The position numbers were made by a program, and so were the translations under genes. Below the pieces are notes generated by a model. The model was not told the DNA's origin. It searched no databases and was given only the letters and a program-made list of their open reading frames with translations. Positions 37,395 through 45,873 of a stretch of 64,000 nucleotides of DNA are shown piece after piece (the first letter of the stretch is position 1; every line of letters starts with the position of its first letter). The DNA is from an uncultured Planctomycetaceae bacterium (lineage in GTDB: Bacteria > Planctomycetota > Planctomycetia > Pirellulales > Thermoguttaceae): positions 20,195 to 84,194 of the forward strand of contig CAYTLK010000003.1 in assembly GCA_964438515.1 (NCBI GenBank), given 5' to 3'.

Positions 37395-37522
37395 GGGGAA
37401 AAAACGAAATACCAAGAAGTTTTTGAAAAAGGGGTCTGGGGGAAAAACATTCAAAATGTTGTTCCCCCACGACCGTAACGTCTTTACGGGAGCGTTCTGT
37501 TTCCTCCCGTTAGGGTGGAAAC
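37395..37522 (+). repeat. R1 structured intergenic repeat, copy B
   Basis: aaaaacgaaataccaagaagtttttga...gggggaaaaacattcaaaatgttgttcccccacgaccgtaacgtctttacgggagcgttctgtttcctcccgttagggtggaaac. It lacks the cccggt..ccggg module found in copies A and C. Confidence 0.8.
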
Positions 37523-37796
37523 ACCGCTGCGGTACTGAAAAATCAAAACATACAAAATTCAACATCCATTTTACACACGCATCAAATGGAATCCTCATCG
37601 AAATTATGAGGCTTTTGGAAAATTTCTTCCGTTCTTTTTGTAAAACTTTAATAAATTTTGGGATTTTTTAAAAGTTTTTCTCGACTTTTCTTAAAATATC
37701 GGTTATAATATAAATATGGAACGAATATAATGTTTGTAACGTTTCCACTATTATAAACGAAAATCACATTTTAGAAAATATCATTCAGCGAATATT

Positions 37797-38075
37797 ATGA
37801 AAACTTTTGAAACCTCAACGAAAAATAATTCCGTCCAGACGATACATCTGCCGCAGGATGTGCGTACGCTGGCCGAAAAAATCGAGGAATTACCCGAAAC
37901 CTATCGGGAAATGCTTCGGCCTTACGTGGAAAATATGCTGCGCGGAACCCAGCGCCGTCATGAAATTTTCACGGAATTTCAAGAATCTGTCGCTCAGCTG
38001 AGACTCGATATGAAATATTTGATTTTCGATCTCGAAGCGACGCGCCGGGAACGCGACTCCAACACCCCCAGCTGA
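37797..38075 (+). CDS. small hypothetical protein (92 aa, predicted helical)
   Basis: ATG start with TATAAT-like boxes upstream (about 37700-37730). The sequence is charged and helical-looking (LAEKIEELPETYREMLRPYVENMLRG...). No homology was recognised. Confidence 0.4.
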   Translation: MKTFETSTKNNSVQTIHLPQDVRTLAEKIEELPETYREMLRPYVENMLRGTQRRHEIFTEFQESVAQLRLDMKYLIFDLEATRRERDSNTPS

Positions 38076-38162
38076 AATTCCCGAAACGCATCTTTCGAAC
38101 GATGCTGGAGGAAACCTTTTCAACCGCAAACTTTCCTCCAGACGGCCCCAACAGCACTGTAT

Positions 38163-39095
38163 TCAGTGGTGCATTCTCCGAATAACGTCCCGAATATCTG
38201 TCGTATTGAGCTGCGCCACAGCGTCCGGCAAAGCCTTCAAAATTTTCTGCGTGCACGTCGGATTGAAGAAATTGGCGGTCCCGATCTGCACCGCCGTTGC
38301 GCCCGCCACGAGAAATTCCATCACATCATCAATGGTCTCGATTCCTCCAATTCCCACAATAGGAATCGTAACGGCTTTTGCTGTCTGATAAACCATCCGC
38401 AACGCAATCGGTTTGACGGCGGGACCGCTCAATCCTCCCATTCCGTTTCCCAGACGCGGGACGCATTTCTTCCAGTCGATCGCCATTCCAAGAACCGTAT
38501 TAATGAGTGAAACTGCGTCGGAACCTCCTTGTTCCGCAGCTTTGGCGACAATCGCAATATCCCCTACATTCGGCGTAAGTTTCGTAAAAAACGGAAGTTT
38601 CGTCGCTCGACGCACCCCCGCAACGAGTTTTTCGCACTCCGCAGGATTTTTCCCAAAGTCGGTTCCATGCGCCACGTTCGGACACGAAATATTGAGTTCC
38701 AACGCATCCACCCCTTCCGCATCGTCCAGAACCGCCGCCATTTCCGCATATTCTTCGGCAGTTCTTCCCGCAATCGAAACGATGATTTTTGTACCGATAC
38801 TGCGCAAATACGGGAGTTTTTTGGCGATGAATTCCTCCAAACCGTCGTTGTCGAGTCCGATCGCGTTCAGCAGACCGGCCGTTGTTTCACAGGTTCTCGG
38901 CGGCGGATTCCCCAGACGCGGCATTTTTGTGATGGTTTTGGGAAGAATTCCTCCAAGCTCCGCCAGCGAAAACGGGCCGGACGGCGAAACAAGTCCCGAA
39001 ACGTCTTTGGCGTACCCAAACGTCCCGGACGCAACAAGAATCGGATTTGCAAGACGCAAAGTTCCAATCGAAACGGACAGCGAAATGGTATTCAT
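38163..39095 (-). CDS. pyrD: dihydroorotate dehydrogenase (class 1)
   Basis: LANPILVASGTFGY, GLDNDG, ELNISCPNV, GGLSGPAVKPIAL and IVGIGGI. Confidence 0.9.
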   Translation of the reverse strand: MNTISLSVSIGTLRLANPILVASGTFGYAKDVSGLVSPSGPFSLAELGGILPKTITKMPRLGNPPPRTCETTAGLLNAIGLDNDGLEEFIAKKLPYLRSIGTKIIVSIAGRTAEEYAEMAAVLDDAEGVDALELNISCPNVAHGTDFGKNPAECEKLVAGVRRATKLPFFTKLTPNVGDIAIVAKAAEQGGSDAVSLINTVLGMAIDWKKCVPRLGNGMGGLSGPAVKPIALRMVYQTAKAVTIPIVGIGGIETIDDVMEFLVAGATAVQIGTANFFNPTCTQKILKALPDAVAQLNTTDIRDVIRRMHH

Positions 39096-39132
39096 TTTTT
39101 ATTATCTCTGTTTTTTTGATTTTTACGAATGT

Positions 39133-39221
39133 TTATGATTATTTATGATTATTTCCGAATCACTTTGAATCACTTTTCTACGCAGAATGAATCCGAATAA
39201 ATGAAAACGAAATGAAAACGA
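39133..39221. repeat. three consecutive perfect 10-11-nt tandem duplications upstream of pyrD
   Basis: ttatgattat x2 (39133-39152), gaatcacttt x2 (39157-39176), aatgaaaacga x2 (39200-39221). Confidence 0.9.
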
Positions 39222-39478
39222 AAAAAGGGAAGTACGTTTCTTCAACATACCTCCCTGATTGTACTCCGGATTCCCATGAATTTCAATGGACCCCGGCGAG
39301 AAATTTCGCGCATAGGAGGAGCAACGCACAACATCCTCACACAGTGTTGTCCACCAACTCCATACGACCCCGGAGCATACGCTGTCACAAACGCATCTCG
39401 TGTTTTTTTAGGGATTTTCCGTTCACAATGAGAAAAATCGAATTTGAGATCCAATTTTCTATTTTCTTCGATTCCCAT

Positions 39479-39742
39479 TTAAGAATCCACTGCCGCCGTC
39501 CTTGGCCGCATTTCTTCTTTTGGCGAAATCTCAAAAATATCTATTGGGAATTTCCTCTTTTTTCTTTTTTTCCCTTGATTTTCAGGAACGGACGCACCTT
39601 TCACGCAGACGCACAATGGCTCAGCGATGTGTACCCTTTCCGATGGAAACTTTCGTGTCGGCACATTCGTTCCAACTGGCGATTCTTCCTGAAAAACGAT
39701 TCCTGAAAGCTCAGACGTTTCGTTTTCCGATGAATTCTCCAT
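39479..39742 (-). CDS. possible small protein (87 aa), acidic N-terminus and KKRKKRK patch
   Basis: The ATG is preceded by a GGGGGAC Shine-Dalgarno-like run, as at several confident genes here. It is co-directional with the flanking genes. No homology was recognised and coding status is uncertain. Confidence 0.25.
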   Translation of the reverse strand: MENSSENETSELSGIVFQEESPVGTNVPTRKFPSERVHIAEPLCVCVKGASVPENQGKKRKKRKFPIDIFEISPKEEMRPRTAAVDS

Positions 39743-39786
39743 GAAAGTCCCCCATTCGGCGGAACATCACGATGATGCGCGGTTGC

Positions 39787-40005
39787 TCAAATCATGCCGC
39801 CATGATTGCGCCACGGTGTTCCATGGTCCGGCTGGTCCAAGAACCAAAATCGTTCCCAGTCGTCCCGAATCATTCGAAGGTTTTCCGATGTATTCAGCTG
39901 CTGCTGCGTTCGTCTCCCTGTATCTCCGTCATACATCGGGATCAGGCAGCCAACGGATTGAAAAACAAACAATGACAAAATAAGTGCGATCAATACTTTG
40001 CGCAT
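39787..40005 (-). CDS. small putative lipoprotein (72 aa)
   Basis: MRKVLIALILSLFVFQSVGC has a signal peptide with a lipobox-like SVGC. Confidence 0.5.
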   Translation of the reverse strand: MRKVLIALILSLFVFQSVGCLIPMYDGDTGRRTQQQLNTSENLRMIRDDWERFWFLDQPDHGTPWRNHGGMI

Positions 40006-40179
40006 TTCAAATACTCCTCCTTGAATATGTGCTCTCTTCCTCTGAGCGTCTCACAAGTACTAGTTATATCGTCCAGTTAAACCTTGTTCATTAACACGAA
40101 TACACAAAATTTAACGATTTTTCCGAAAATAACGAAAAATCTGCCGCAAATCACCAACCACGCCGTACTTTGTTTTTCG

Positions 40180-41217
40180 TTACGAATGTTGGAACCCCCG
40201 AATGGGCAGAATTTCCGGCGTCTCGCCCTTTCGAGAACCATAAATCGTATCGCCTTCAAGAATTCTTCCGATTCGATAAACAGGAATTCCCAGCGTGTTG
40301 TGCGTCAGTGCGTCCGAAATTTCCCAAGGAGCGGTAAAAAGAATCTCGAAATCCTCTCCGTCTCCCAACGCGTGTTCCAAGGGGGTTCCCGACGCAAAAT
40401 CCGCAGGAATCCAATCGTAAATTTCCGATTCAGAAGGTTTCAAACGCGACAAAAGTTCCGCATCCTGCGCAATCGGAATTTCTTCCAGGAACAACTCCGC
40501 CCCGCATCGGCTGGAACGGCACAGACGGCTGAGATCGAGCGTCAGACCGTCACTCACGTCCATCCCCGCATGAAGCTCAAAAGAGGCGTTCAGCGCCAGC
40601 ATTTCGCGAATTCGAGGCGTAAATGTGAATTGATGCCGCAAGATGCTTCCTCCCAGCGCCCCGGTCACAAAAATTCCATCACCGATTCGCGCGTTGCGCC
40701 GACACAGAGGCTTTCCCGCCGCGCGTCCAATAACCGTTACGGAAATCACAAGAGGGCCGTCCCACGTATTCGTATCGCCGCCCGCAATCGCAATCGGAAC
40801 GCCGTCGGGGAGTTCGACCGCATCCAGAAACCCGTCGCAAAGCCGTTCCATCAGTTCCGCAACGCTTTTCGATGAGGCGTTCTGATTCTTGCACGAAATA
40901 ATACCGTTCGAATTTTCTTCAAAATCCGGGAATTCCGGCTGTTTTGGGAGCGCCACAGAAATCACTGCCGCCGTTGGTTCGGACGCCATCGCGGCCAAAT
41001 CACTAAGATTCACGCACATTGATTTTCGTCCAATTTTCCTCGGATTCATTCTTTTGAGCAAAAAATCGACGCCTTCCGTCAAAAGATCGGTACTCACGAC
41101 GATTTGGGGCGAAGAACCGACGATTTCCAGAATGGCGGCGTCGTCTCCCGGCCCCAGTTTCATGCAGGGATGATTCGGAAAACGCCGACAGAGTCTCTCC
41201 ACGATTTCGAGTTCCAT
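40180..41217 (-). CDS. thiL: thiamine-monophosphate kinase
   Basis: GPGDDAAILE...VVSTDLLTEGVDF...AIAGGDTN... is the AIR-synthase-related fold pattern of ThiL. It carries a ~35-aa insert (PKQPEFPDFEENSNGIISCKNQNASSKS). Confidence 0.8.
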   Translation of the reverse strand: MELEIVERLCRRFPNHPCMKLGPGDDAAILEIVGSSPQIVVSTDLLTEGVDFLLKRMNPRKIGRKSMCVNLSDLAAMASEPTAAVISVALPKQPEFPDFEENSNGIISCKNQNASSKSVAELMERLCDGFLDAVELPDGVPIAIAGGDTNTWDGPLVISVTVIGRAAGKPLCRRNARIGDGIFVTGALGGSILRHQFTFTPRIREMLALNASFELHAGMDVSDGLTLDLSRLCRSSRCGAELFLEEIPIAQDAELLSRLKPSESEIYDWIPADFASGTPLEHALGDGEDFEILFTAPWEISDALTHNTLGIPVYRIGRILEGDTIYGSRKGETPEILPIRGFQHS

Positions 41218-41245
41218 AAAACCCTTCTTCCTTCAAGAACGTCCT

Positions 41246-41275
41246 AAAAAAAGAGCGCCGACACGCAGCGCTCTC
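41246..41275 (-). terminator. rho-independent terminator after the htrA-like gene
   Basis: The minus strand reads gagagcgc tgcgtgtcg gcgctct followed by TTTTTTT. Confidence 0.6.
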
Positions 41276-41312
41276 AAATGAATAACCACCCATATTTTCG
41301 AGTCGCCAGCGA

Positions 41313-43352
41313 TTATTTTCGAGTCGTCAGCGCCGCCGAAGCGGTCTGCGCCGCAGGTTCGAGGTTGGAAAGAGGCGGAATTTCATTGGAGACGAAATGT
41401 CCCAAATGCACCTTCCCGCCGCGAGCAATGAGGAATTTCACCTCGGAAACTTCCTGAAACTCGGGCTGATTCAAAATGAACACCACATTGTCGAGCGACA
41501 GCGTTTCCCAACGCAAAATCCCGAGCAAAACGTCGCCGTTCCGAATTCCCTGACGCGCAGCAGGACTGTTTTTCCGCACATTCTGCACCAGAAGTCCGCC
41601 GTTGTACTGCCGCGATCCCTGTACAGGAATCGTAGTCCCCGCCACAGGCGTCACCAGCATCCCCAGCTGCTTCCAAATGATTTCTTCAATCGTCAGTTTT
41701 TCCACATGAAACTGCGGATTCGTCCCCATTTCCGGCGTGTATTCCGACACAAGATGGTTTTGTGACGACACAACGCCCATCGCGAGACGGACGCTCGCCG
41801 TCTTTTCGTTCCTGGAAACCGCCAGCCGAACCGTTTCGCCCGCCTTTAGTTCCAAAATGGCGCACGCAAAATCCAGCTCGTTCGTGATTTTACGCCGATT
41901 GACCTCCACAATTCGGTCGCCGGCGCGCAGTCCAATCGCCTCCGCCGGACTGTTCGGCTCCACGCTTTCCACGATGGCGCCCGTAAAATTCCCGGCTGGA
42001 AGATTTACGAACTGAATTCCGTGCCAGTTTTTCTCCGCACTGAACGCCTCCATCATTCGAGTCACAACGTCCATCGCCCGATTGACGGGAATCGCGAATC
42101 CGATTCCCTGCGCGCCTGCACGAACCGCCACATTAATTCCGATCATATTTCCTTCGATGTTGAGCAGCGGACCGCCGGAATTTCCCGGATTAATACTCGC
42201 ATCCGTCTGAATGAGGTCCTCATAAAACTGGACGTCACTCACCTGAACCGACCGATGAAGCGCGCTGACGATTCCTCGCGTCACCGTATGTTCGTAACCG
42301 AACGCATTCCCGACCGCAATCACCGTTTCACCGCTCATCAAATCCGTCGATTCGCCGAGCGGAATCGTGTCGAAAACCTCCCCCGCCAGTGCGTCGATTT
42401 TGATGATCGCGAGGTCCGTCTCTTTATCCCGCGCCAAAACACGCGCCACATACGTCTTTGTATCGACGGTCGTCACGTGAATTTCCTGAATTCCGTCCAC
42501 CACATGAAAGTTTGTTACAATGTATCCGCGAGAGTCGAAAAGAACCCCCGTTCCCATCCCGTTCACGTGCTGCGATTCCGGAACGGAGCCGCTTGTTTCA
42601 GCCGAAGCCGCATCATAAGGGGTGGTTTTCAGCGTTTTTTCTCCCCGAATATTCACGACCGCAGGCCTCGCGCGACGAATCGCCCGAACAATCGCGTTTT
42701 CACGCAAATTATTCCCATCTTCCGCAATCCCATTCGAGCCCGCAAAAGACGGCGCAGAAACCAAAGACCCAACATTTCCCGCAGTTCCTACAGTTCCCGC
42801 GGTTCCTTCTATTTCAGCAGTCCCGACAGTTCCAGCATTTCCACCAGTTCCTGTACCTTCTGCCGTTTTTGCATTCCTCGCAGACTCTGTATCCTTTGCA
42901 TTTTCTATTTTTTTTGCAGTCTCTGTATTCTTAGCAGATTCAGGAACAACGACGGAATCTTCACTTTTCACAGGCGCGGAAGGCTTCGTATTTTCTTCAA
43001 GCTCCGCATCTTTTCTATTCAATGCACTCGTTTTGGATTCTGTATTTTCACTCGTTTCCTCATTTTTCACCGACGGCGGCGCTTTTTCGGAAGATTCTGC
43101 AGCTGCGGATTCTGAAACAGGCTCCGAAACATCTTCCAAAATCAGCTCAAAATCCGTTTCCGTCGACGCTTCCGTTGAAACTTCAGCCGACTCGGAACTC
43201 TTTTTTTGTTCGAGAGCGGCGGCATTCGCAACCAAATTATCCGCAAAAGCACCCGTTGCAATGCGCATAACGCACATAAAAGCAAAAATTTTCAAAAATT
43301 TTCGCCAAAAACAGCCGCTTTTTCTTAATTCTACTGGACTCATGTTCGTCAT
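41313..43352 (-). CDS. HtrA/DegP-family trypsin-like serine protease with PDZ domains and a long low-complexity N-terminal region
   Basis: GTGVLFDSRGYIVTNFHVV (His), DLAIIKI (Asp) and TDASINPGNSGGPLLN (Ser). Two PDZ-like segments are present. The N-terminal ~230 aa are E/S/T/A/G-rich with TAGTVGTAEIEGTAGTVGTAGNVG repeats. Confidence 0.85.
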   Translation of the reverse strand: MTNMSPVELRKSGCFWRKFLKIFAFMCVMRIATGAFADNLVANAAALEQKKSSESAEVSTEASTETDFELILEDVSEPVSESAAAESSEKAPPSVKNEETSENTESKTSALNRKDAELEENTKPSAPVKSEDSVVVPESAKNTETAKKIENAKDTESARNAKTAEGTGTGGNAGTVGTAEIEGTAGTVGTAGNVGSLVSAPSFAGSNGIAEDGNNLRENAIVRAIRRARPAVVNIRGEKTLKTTPYDAASAETSGSVPESQHVNGMGTGVLFDSRGYIVTNFHVVDGIQEIHVTTVDTKTYVARVLARDKETDLAIIKIDALAGEVFDTIPLGESTDLMSGETVIAVGNAFGYEHTVTRGIVSALHRSVQVSDVQFYEDLIQTDASINPGNSGGPLLNIEGNMIGINVAVRAGAQGIGFAIPVNRAMDVVTRMMEAFSAEKNWHGIQFVNLPAGNFTGAIVESVEPNSPAEAIGLRAGDRIVEVNRRKITNELDFACAILELKAGETVRLAVSRNEKTASVRLAMGVVSSQNHLVSEYTPEMGTNPQFHVEKLTIEEIIWKQLGMLVTPVAGTTIPVQGSRQYNGGLLVQNVRKNSPAARQGIRNGDVLLGILRWETLSLDNVVFILNQPEFQEVSEVKFLIARGGKVHLGHFVSNEIPPLSNLEPAAQTASAALTTRK

Positions 43353-43580
43353 TCGCTATACTATAAATGATGACCGGGGGGAGAAACCACTGCCCCGAGG
43401 TTCCCCCCTCGGACGAATAACTCGAATCACGGAAGTTAAACCATCGGCATAAAAAACACTTGAATAAAAAACAAATATCATTTATAACGATTGTAACGAT
43501 TCTTCCGTCAATTCAGTTTTATCATCGACAGATAAACAGAAAACCTTAAGAGTTTTTATGGATTTTAAGGATGTATCTTC

Positions 43581-44510
43581 ATGTATGACGGATTTTTAAA
43601 TATTCACAAACCCGCTGGAATCAGTTCGTTCGATGCCGTTAAAATGATTCTTGGCGAAATTCTCGAAGGAAAGCGTCCCGAAAAACGTCTGAAAATCGGA
43701 CACGCAGGAACTCTCGACCCTCTCGCAGACGGCGTGCTCGTCCTTGCAATTGATCGGGCGTCTCGTTTGATTACGAGAGTTCAAAATCAGAAAAAAACTT
43801 ACGTCGCCACTTTCGAACTCGGCGTCTCCAGCCCGTCAGAAGATACAGAAACCGCAGCAATTCCCGTCGAAAACGCGCCGATTCCAGAACGTACAGAAAT
43901 CGAAAGCGTCTTTCCTGAATTTTTGGGAAAAATTTTGCAGCGTCCGCCGATTTACTCCGCGCTGAAAGTAAATGGAAAAAAAGCGTACGATTTGGCTCGA
44001 AAGGGAAAAGAGGTGGAACTTGCGCCGCGTCCGATAATGATTTACAGCCTAAAAATCATCAACTATTCGTACCCATTTCTAAAACTGGAGATTGTGTGCG
44101 GAAGCGGAACCTACATCCGTTCTTTGGGGCGCGACCTCGGCGCACGACTCGGGTCGGCCGCCATCATGACGGCGCTCACGCGCACTGCAATCGGGGTTTT
44201 TCATCTTGAAGACGCCCTCGAACTCCGCCTTCGTGACGACCCGAAACCGTTAAATCGGGCAAAATGCACAGAATATATAAGACCTTTTTTAGACGCGGTC
44301 CCCGATCTTCCTCGTTTGACGTACGGTTCGGAGGATGTTTACCGTTTGAAAAATGGAATACCCGTGATTCATCCGGACGCCGCAGATTTTCCGAAACACA
44401 CAGAGGCGGTAGTGCTTAATGAAGAAGGAAAGTTTCTTAGAATCGTACAGAAAACGAAAAATGGCGCAGAAGGGGAGTTGCGGAGTGTTTTAAATTTCGC
44501 AAATGAATAA
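43581..44510 (+). CDS. truB: tRNA pseudouridine(55) synthase
   Basis: GFLNIHKPAGISSFD, KIGHAGTLDPLADGVLVLAI (catalytic Asp) and GTYIRSLGRDLG. Confidence 0.9.
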   Translation: MYDGFLNIHKPAGISSFDAVKMILGEILEGKRPEKRLKIGHAGTLDPLADGVLVLAIDRASRLITRVQNQKKTYVATFELGVSSPSEDTETAAIPVENAPIPERTEIESVFPEFLGKILQRPPIYSALKVNGKKAYDLARKGKEVELAPRPIMIYSLKIINYSYPFLKLEIVCGSGTYIRSLGRDLGARLGSAAIMTALTRTAIGVFHLEDALELRLRDDPKPLNRAKCTEYIRPFLDAVPDLPRLTYGSEDVYRLKNGIPVIHPDAADFPKHTEAVVLNEEGKFLRIVQKTKNGAEGELRSVLNFANE

Positions 44511-44599
44511 AAACACAATATTAAAAAGTTTTTAAAACAGGAGTTTTACTGTACAATCTTCGCAAAATACTGTTTTCAAAAAATTTAATATTGTGTTTT
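44508..44599. terminator. bidirectional terminator candidate: nested perfect inverted repeats between truB and trpS
   Basis: 17-bp perfect arms aaaaacacaatattaaa (44508-44524) / tttaatattgtgttttt (44583-44599). Inner 7-bp arms aaaacag (44533-44539) / ctgtttt (44569-44575). Confidence 0.5.
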
Positions 44600-44615
44600 T
44601 AGAAATTTTTTTATT

Positions 44616-45590
44616 TTATTTCGGGATTCCGACACCGCAATTGCTTTGCGCACGTTCCAACACCTGAGCGGCTTTCGACCGAGCACGTTTCGCCCCTTCC
44701 GCCAGCACGTCGCGCACGTACGACGGATCGGCGATGTACTGCGCGTAACGTTCCCGAATCGGTGCAAAATATTCTTCCGAAATGCGCGCCAGTTCCTTTT
44801 TTACCTGTCCGTATCCGAACCCGCCGCGGCGATACATCGCTTCCATCTCGGCCCGCTGTTCCTCGGACGCAAAGAGTTTGTACAGTAAATACAGACTGTC
44901 CGTTTCGGGGTCTTTCGAATCCTCCATCGGACGGCAATCGGTCTCGATACGCATAATTTTCTTTTTCTGCGCTTTGGCGTCGTCGATGACCTCCAGCGTA
45001 TTGTTGTAGCTCTTCGACATTTTGTCGCCGTCGATACCAGGAACTTTTCCAGCTGCTGGAACGACGTACGCTTTGGGCAAAATGAACGTTTCACCGAAAT
45101 TATGGTTGAACGTCTGCGCCAAATCGCGCGCCACTTCAAGATGCTGCTGCTGATCCTCACCGACCGGCACGAGGTCCGAGTCGTACGCCAAAATGTCGGC
45201 CGCCATCAGTACCGGATACGTAAACAGTCCCGCGTCGGCCGTAAGCCCTTTCGCGAGTTTTTCTTTATAGGCGTGACAGCGCTCCAACAGCCCCATCGGC
45301 GTGCATGTAAGCAGGAGCCACGTGAGCTGAGTCACTTCCGGAATATCCGACTGCACAAACAAAGTCGATTTTTCCGGATCCAAACCAATTGCGAGAAAAT
45401 AGACGGCCATTTGAAACGTCTGCTGACTGAGCCGTTCCCGATCGCGTACCGTTGTGAGGGCGTGAAGATTTGCGATAAAATAAAACGCATCCTCTTTTTT
45501 CCCTTGCAGAGTGACGTACTGCAGATTGGCGCCAAAATAATTGCCCCAGTGGGGATTGCCTGTCGGCTGGATTCCGGATAAAATTCTCAT
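44616..45590 (-). CDS. trpS: tryptophan--tRNA ligase
   Basis: The ATG at 45590 gives MRILSGIQPTGNPHWGNYFGA (HIGH-type motif), and the KMSKS motif is present. The 26 upstream codons of the tracked ORF are not needed. Confidence 0.9.
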   Translation of the reverse strand: MRILSGIQPTGNPHWGNYFGANLQYVTLQGKKEDAFYFIANLHALTTVRDRERLSQQTFQMAVYFLAIGLDPEKSTLFVQSDIPEVTQLTWLLLTCTPMGLLERCHAYKEKLAKGLTADAGLFTYPVLMAADILAYDSDLVPVGEDQQQHLEVARDLAQTFNHNFGETFILPKAYVVPAAGKVPGIDGDKMSKSYNNTLEVIDDAKAQKKKIMRIETDCRPMEDSKDPETDSLYLLYKLFASEEQRAEMEAMYRRGGFGYGQVKKELARISEEYFAPIRERYAQYIADPSYVRDVLAEGAKRARSKAAQVLERAQSNCGVGIPK

Positions 45591-45873
45591 GGATTCGTCC
45601 CGATTTGAGTGAAAAAGGATTGATGAAAAGACTTTCATTTCTTTCATTAATATTAATGTCTCTTTCATCTTATATTAATGTGCGTTTTATTATACCTCTT
45701 TTTGAAAATTTGTAAAGAATCCGCCCCAAAAAAATTTTTTTTGAAGGAACCGTCGGCACGGATTGACTTTCTTGCCGTTTGGTGTTACAATAAGGGAAAG
45801 AGGGGGAAAATTTCCCCTGTAATTTGTGTTTTTAGTCCTTTTATATACTTTGTACTCGATACAAATTTTACTC

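Noticed and set aside
37494-37522. A 29-nt CRISPR-repeat-like sequence, gttctgtttcctcccgttagggtggaaac, which starts GTT and ends GAAAC and is internally palindromic. It is also present (as the reverse complement) at about 2959..2987.
   Set aside because: It occurs once per locus as the terminal hairpin of the R1 repeat. There are no tandem repeat-spacer units and no cas genes anywhere in the window, so it is not a CRISPR array.
37460-37671. A small ORF starting inside the R1 repeat (MLFPHDRNVFTGAFCFLPLGWK...), with counterparts in copy A (MFFPHDSYVSTGAFCFLPLEWK...) and copy C (MLLPHDRERLAGRDSPAG-stop).
   Set aside because: Over the shared 22 codons, the differences between copies A and B are 5 non-synonymous against 2 synonymous. 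Copy C terminates after 18 codons, and the ORF lengths downstream are unrelated. Conservation is at the nucleotide or structure level, not the protein level.
39212-39706. A 164-aa plus-strand ORF in the pyrD upstream region.
   Set aside because: Its composition (many W, R, F, C, H) and lack of any motif argue against coding. It runs against the direction of all neighbouring genes and overlaps the tandem-duplication tract.
41218-41312. Looked for a TPP riboswitch upstream of thiL, a T-box or leader upstream of trpS (45591..45873), and pyrimidine or folate leaders upstream of pyrD and folP.
   Set aside because: I found no TPP core (CUGAGA plus the ACCUGAUCUGGAUAAUGCCAGCG-like arm), no T-box specifier or T-box sequence, and no other recognisable riboswitch core. 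The thiL upstream interval is mostly occupied by the htrA terminator.
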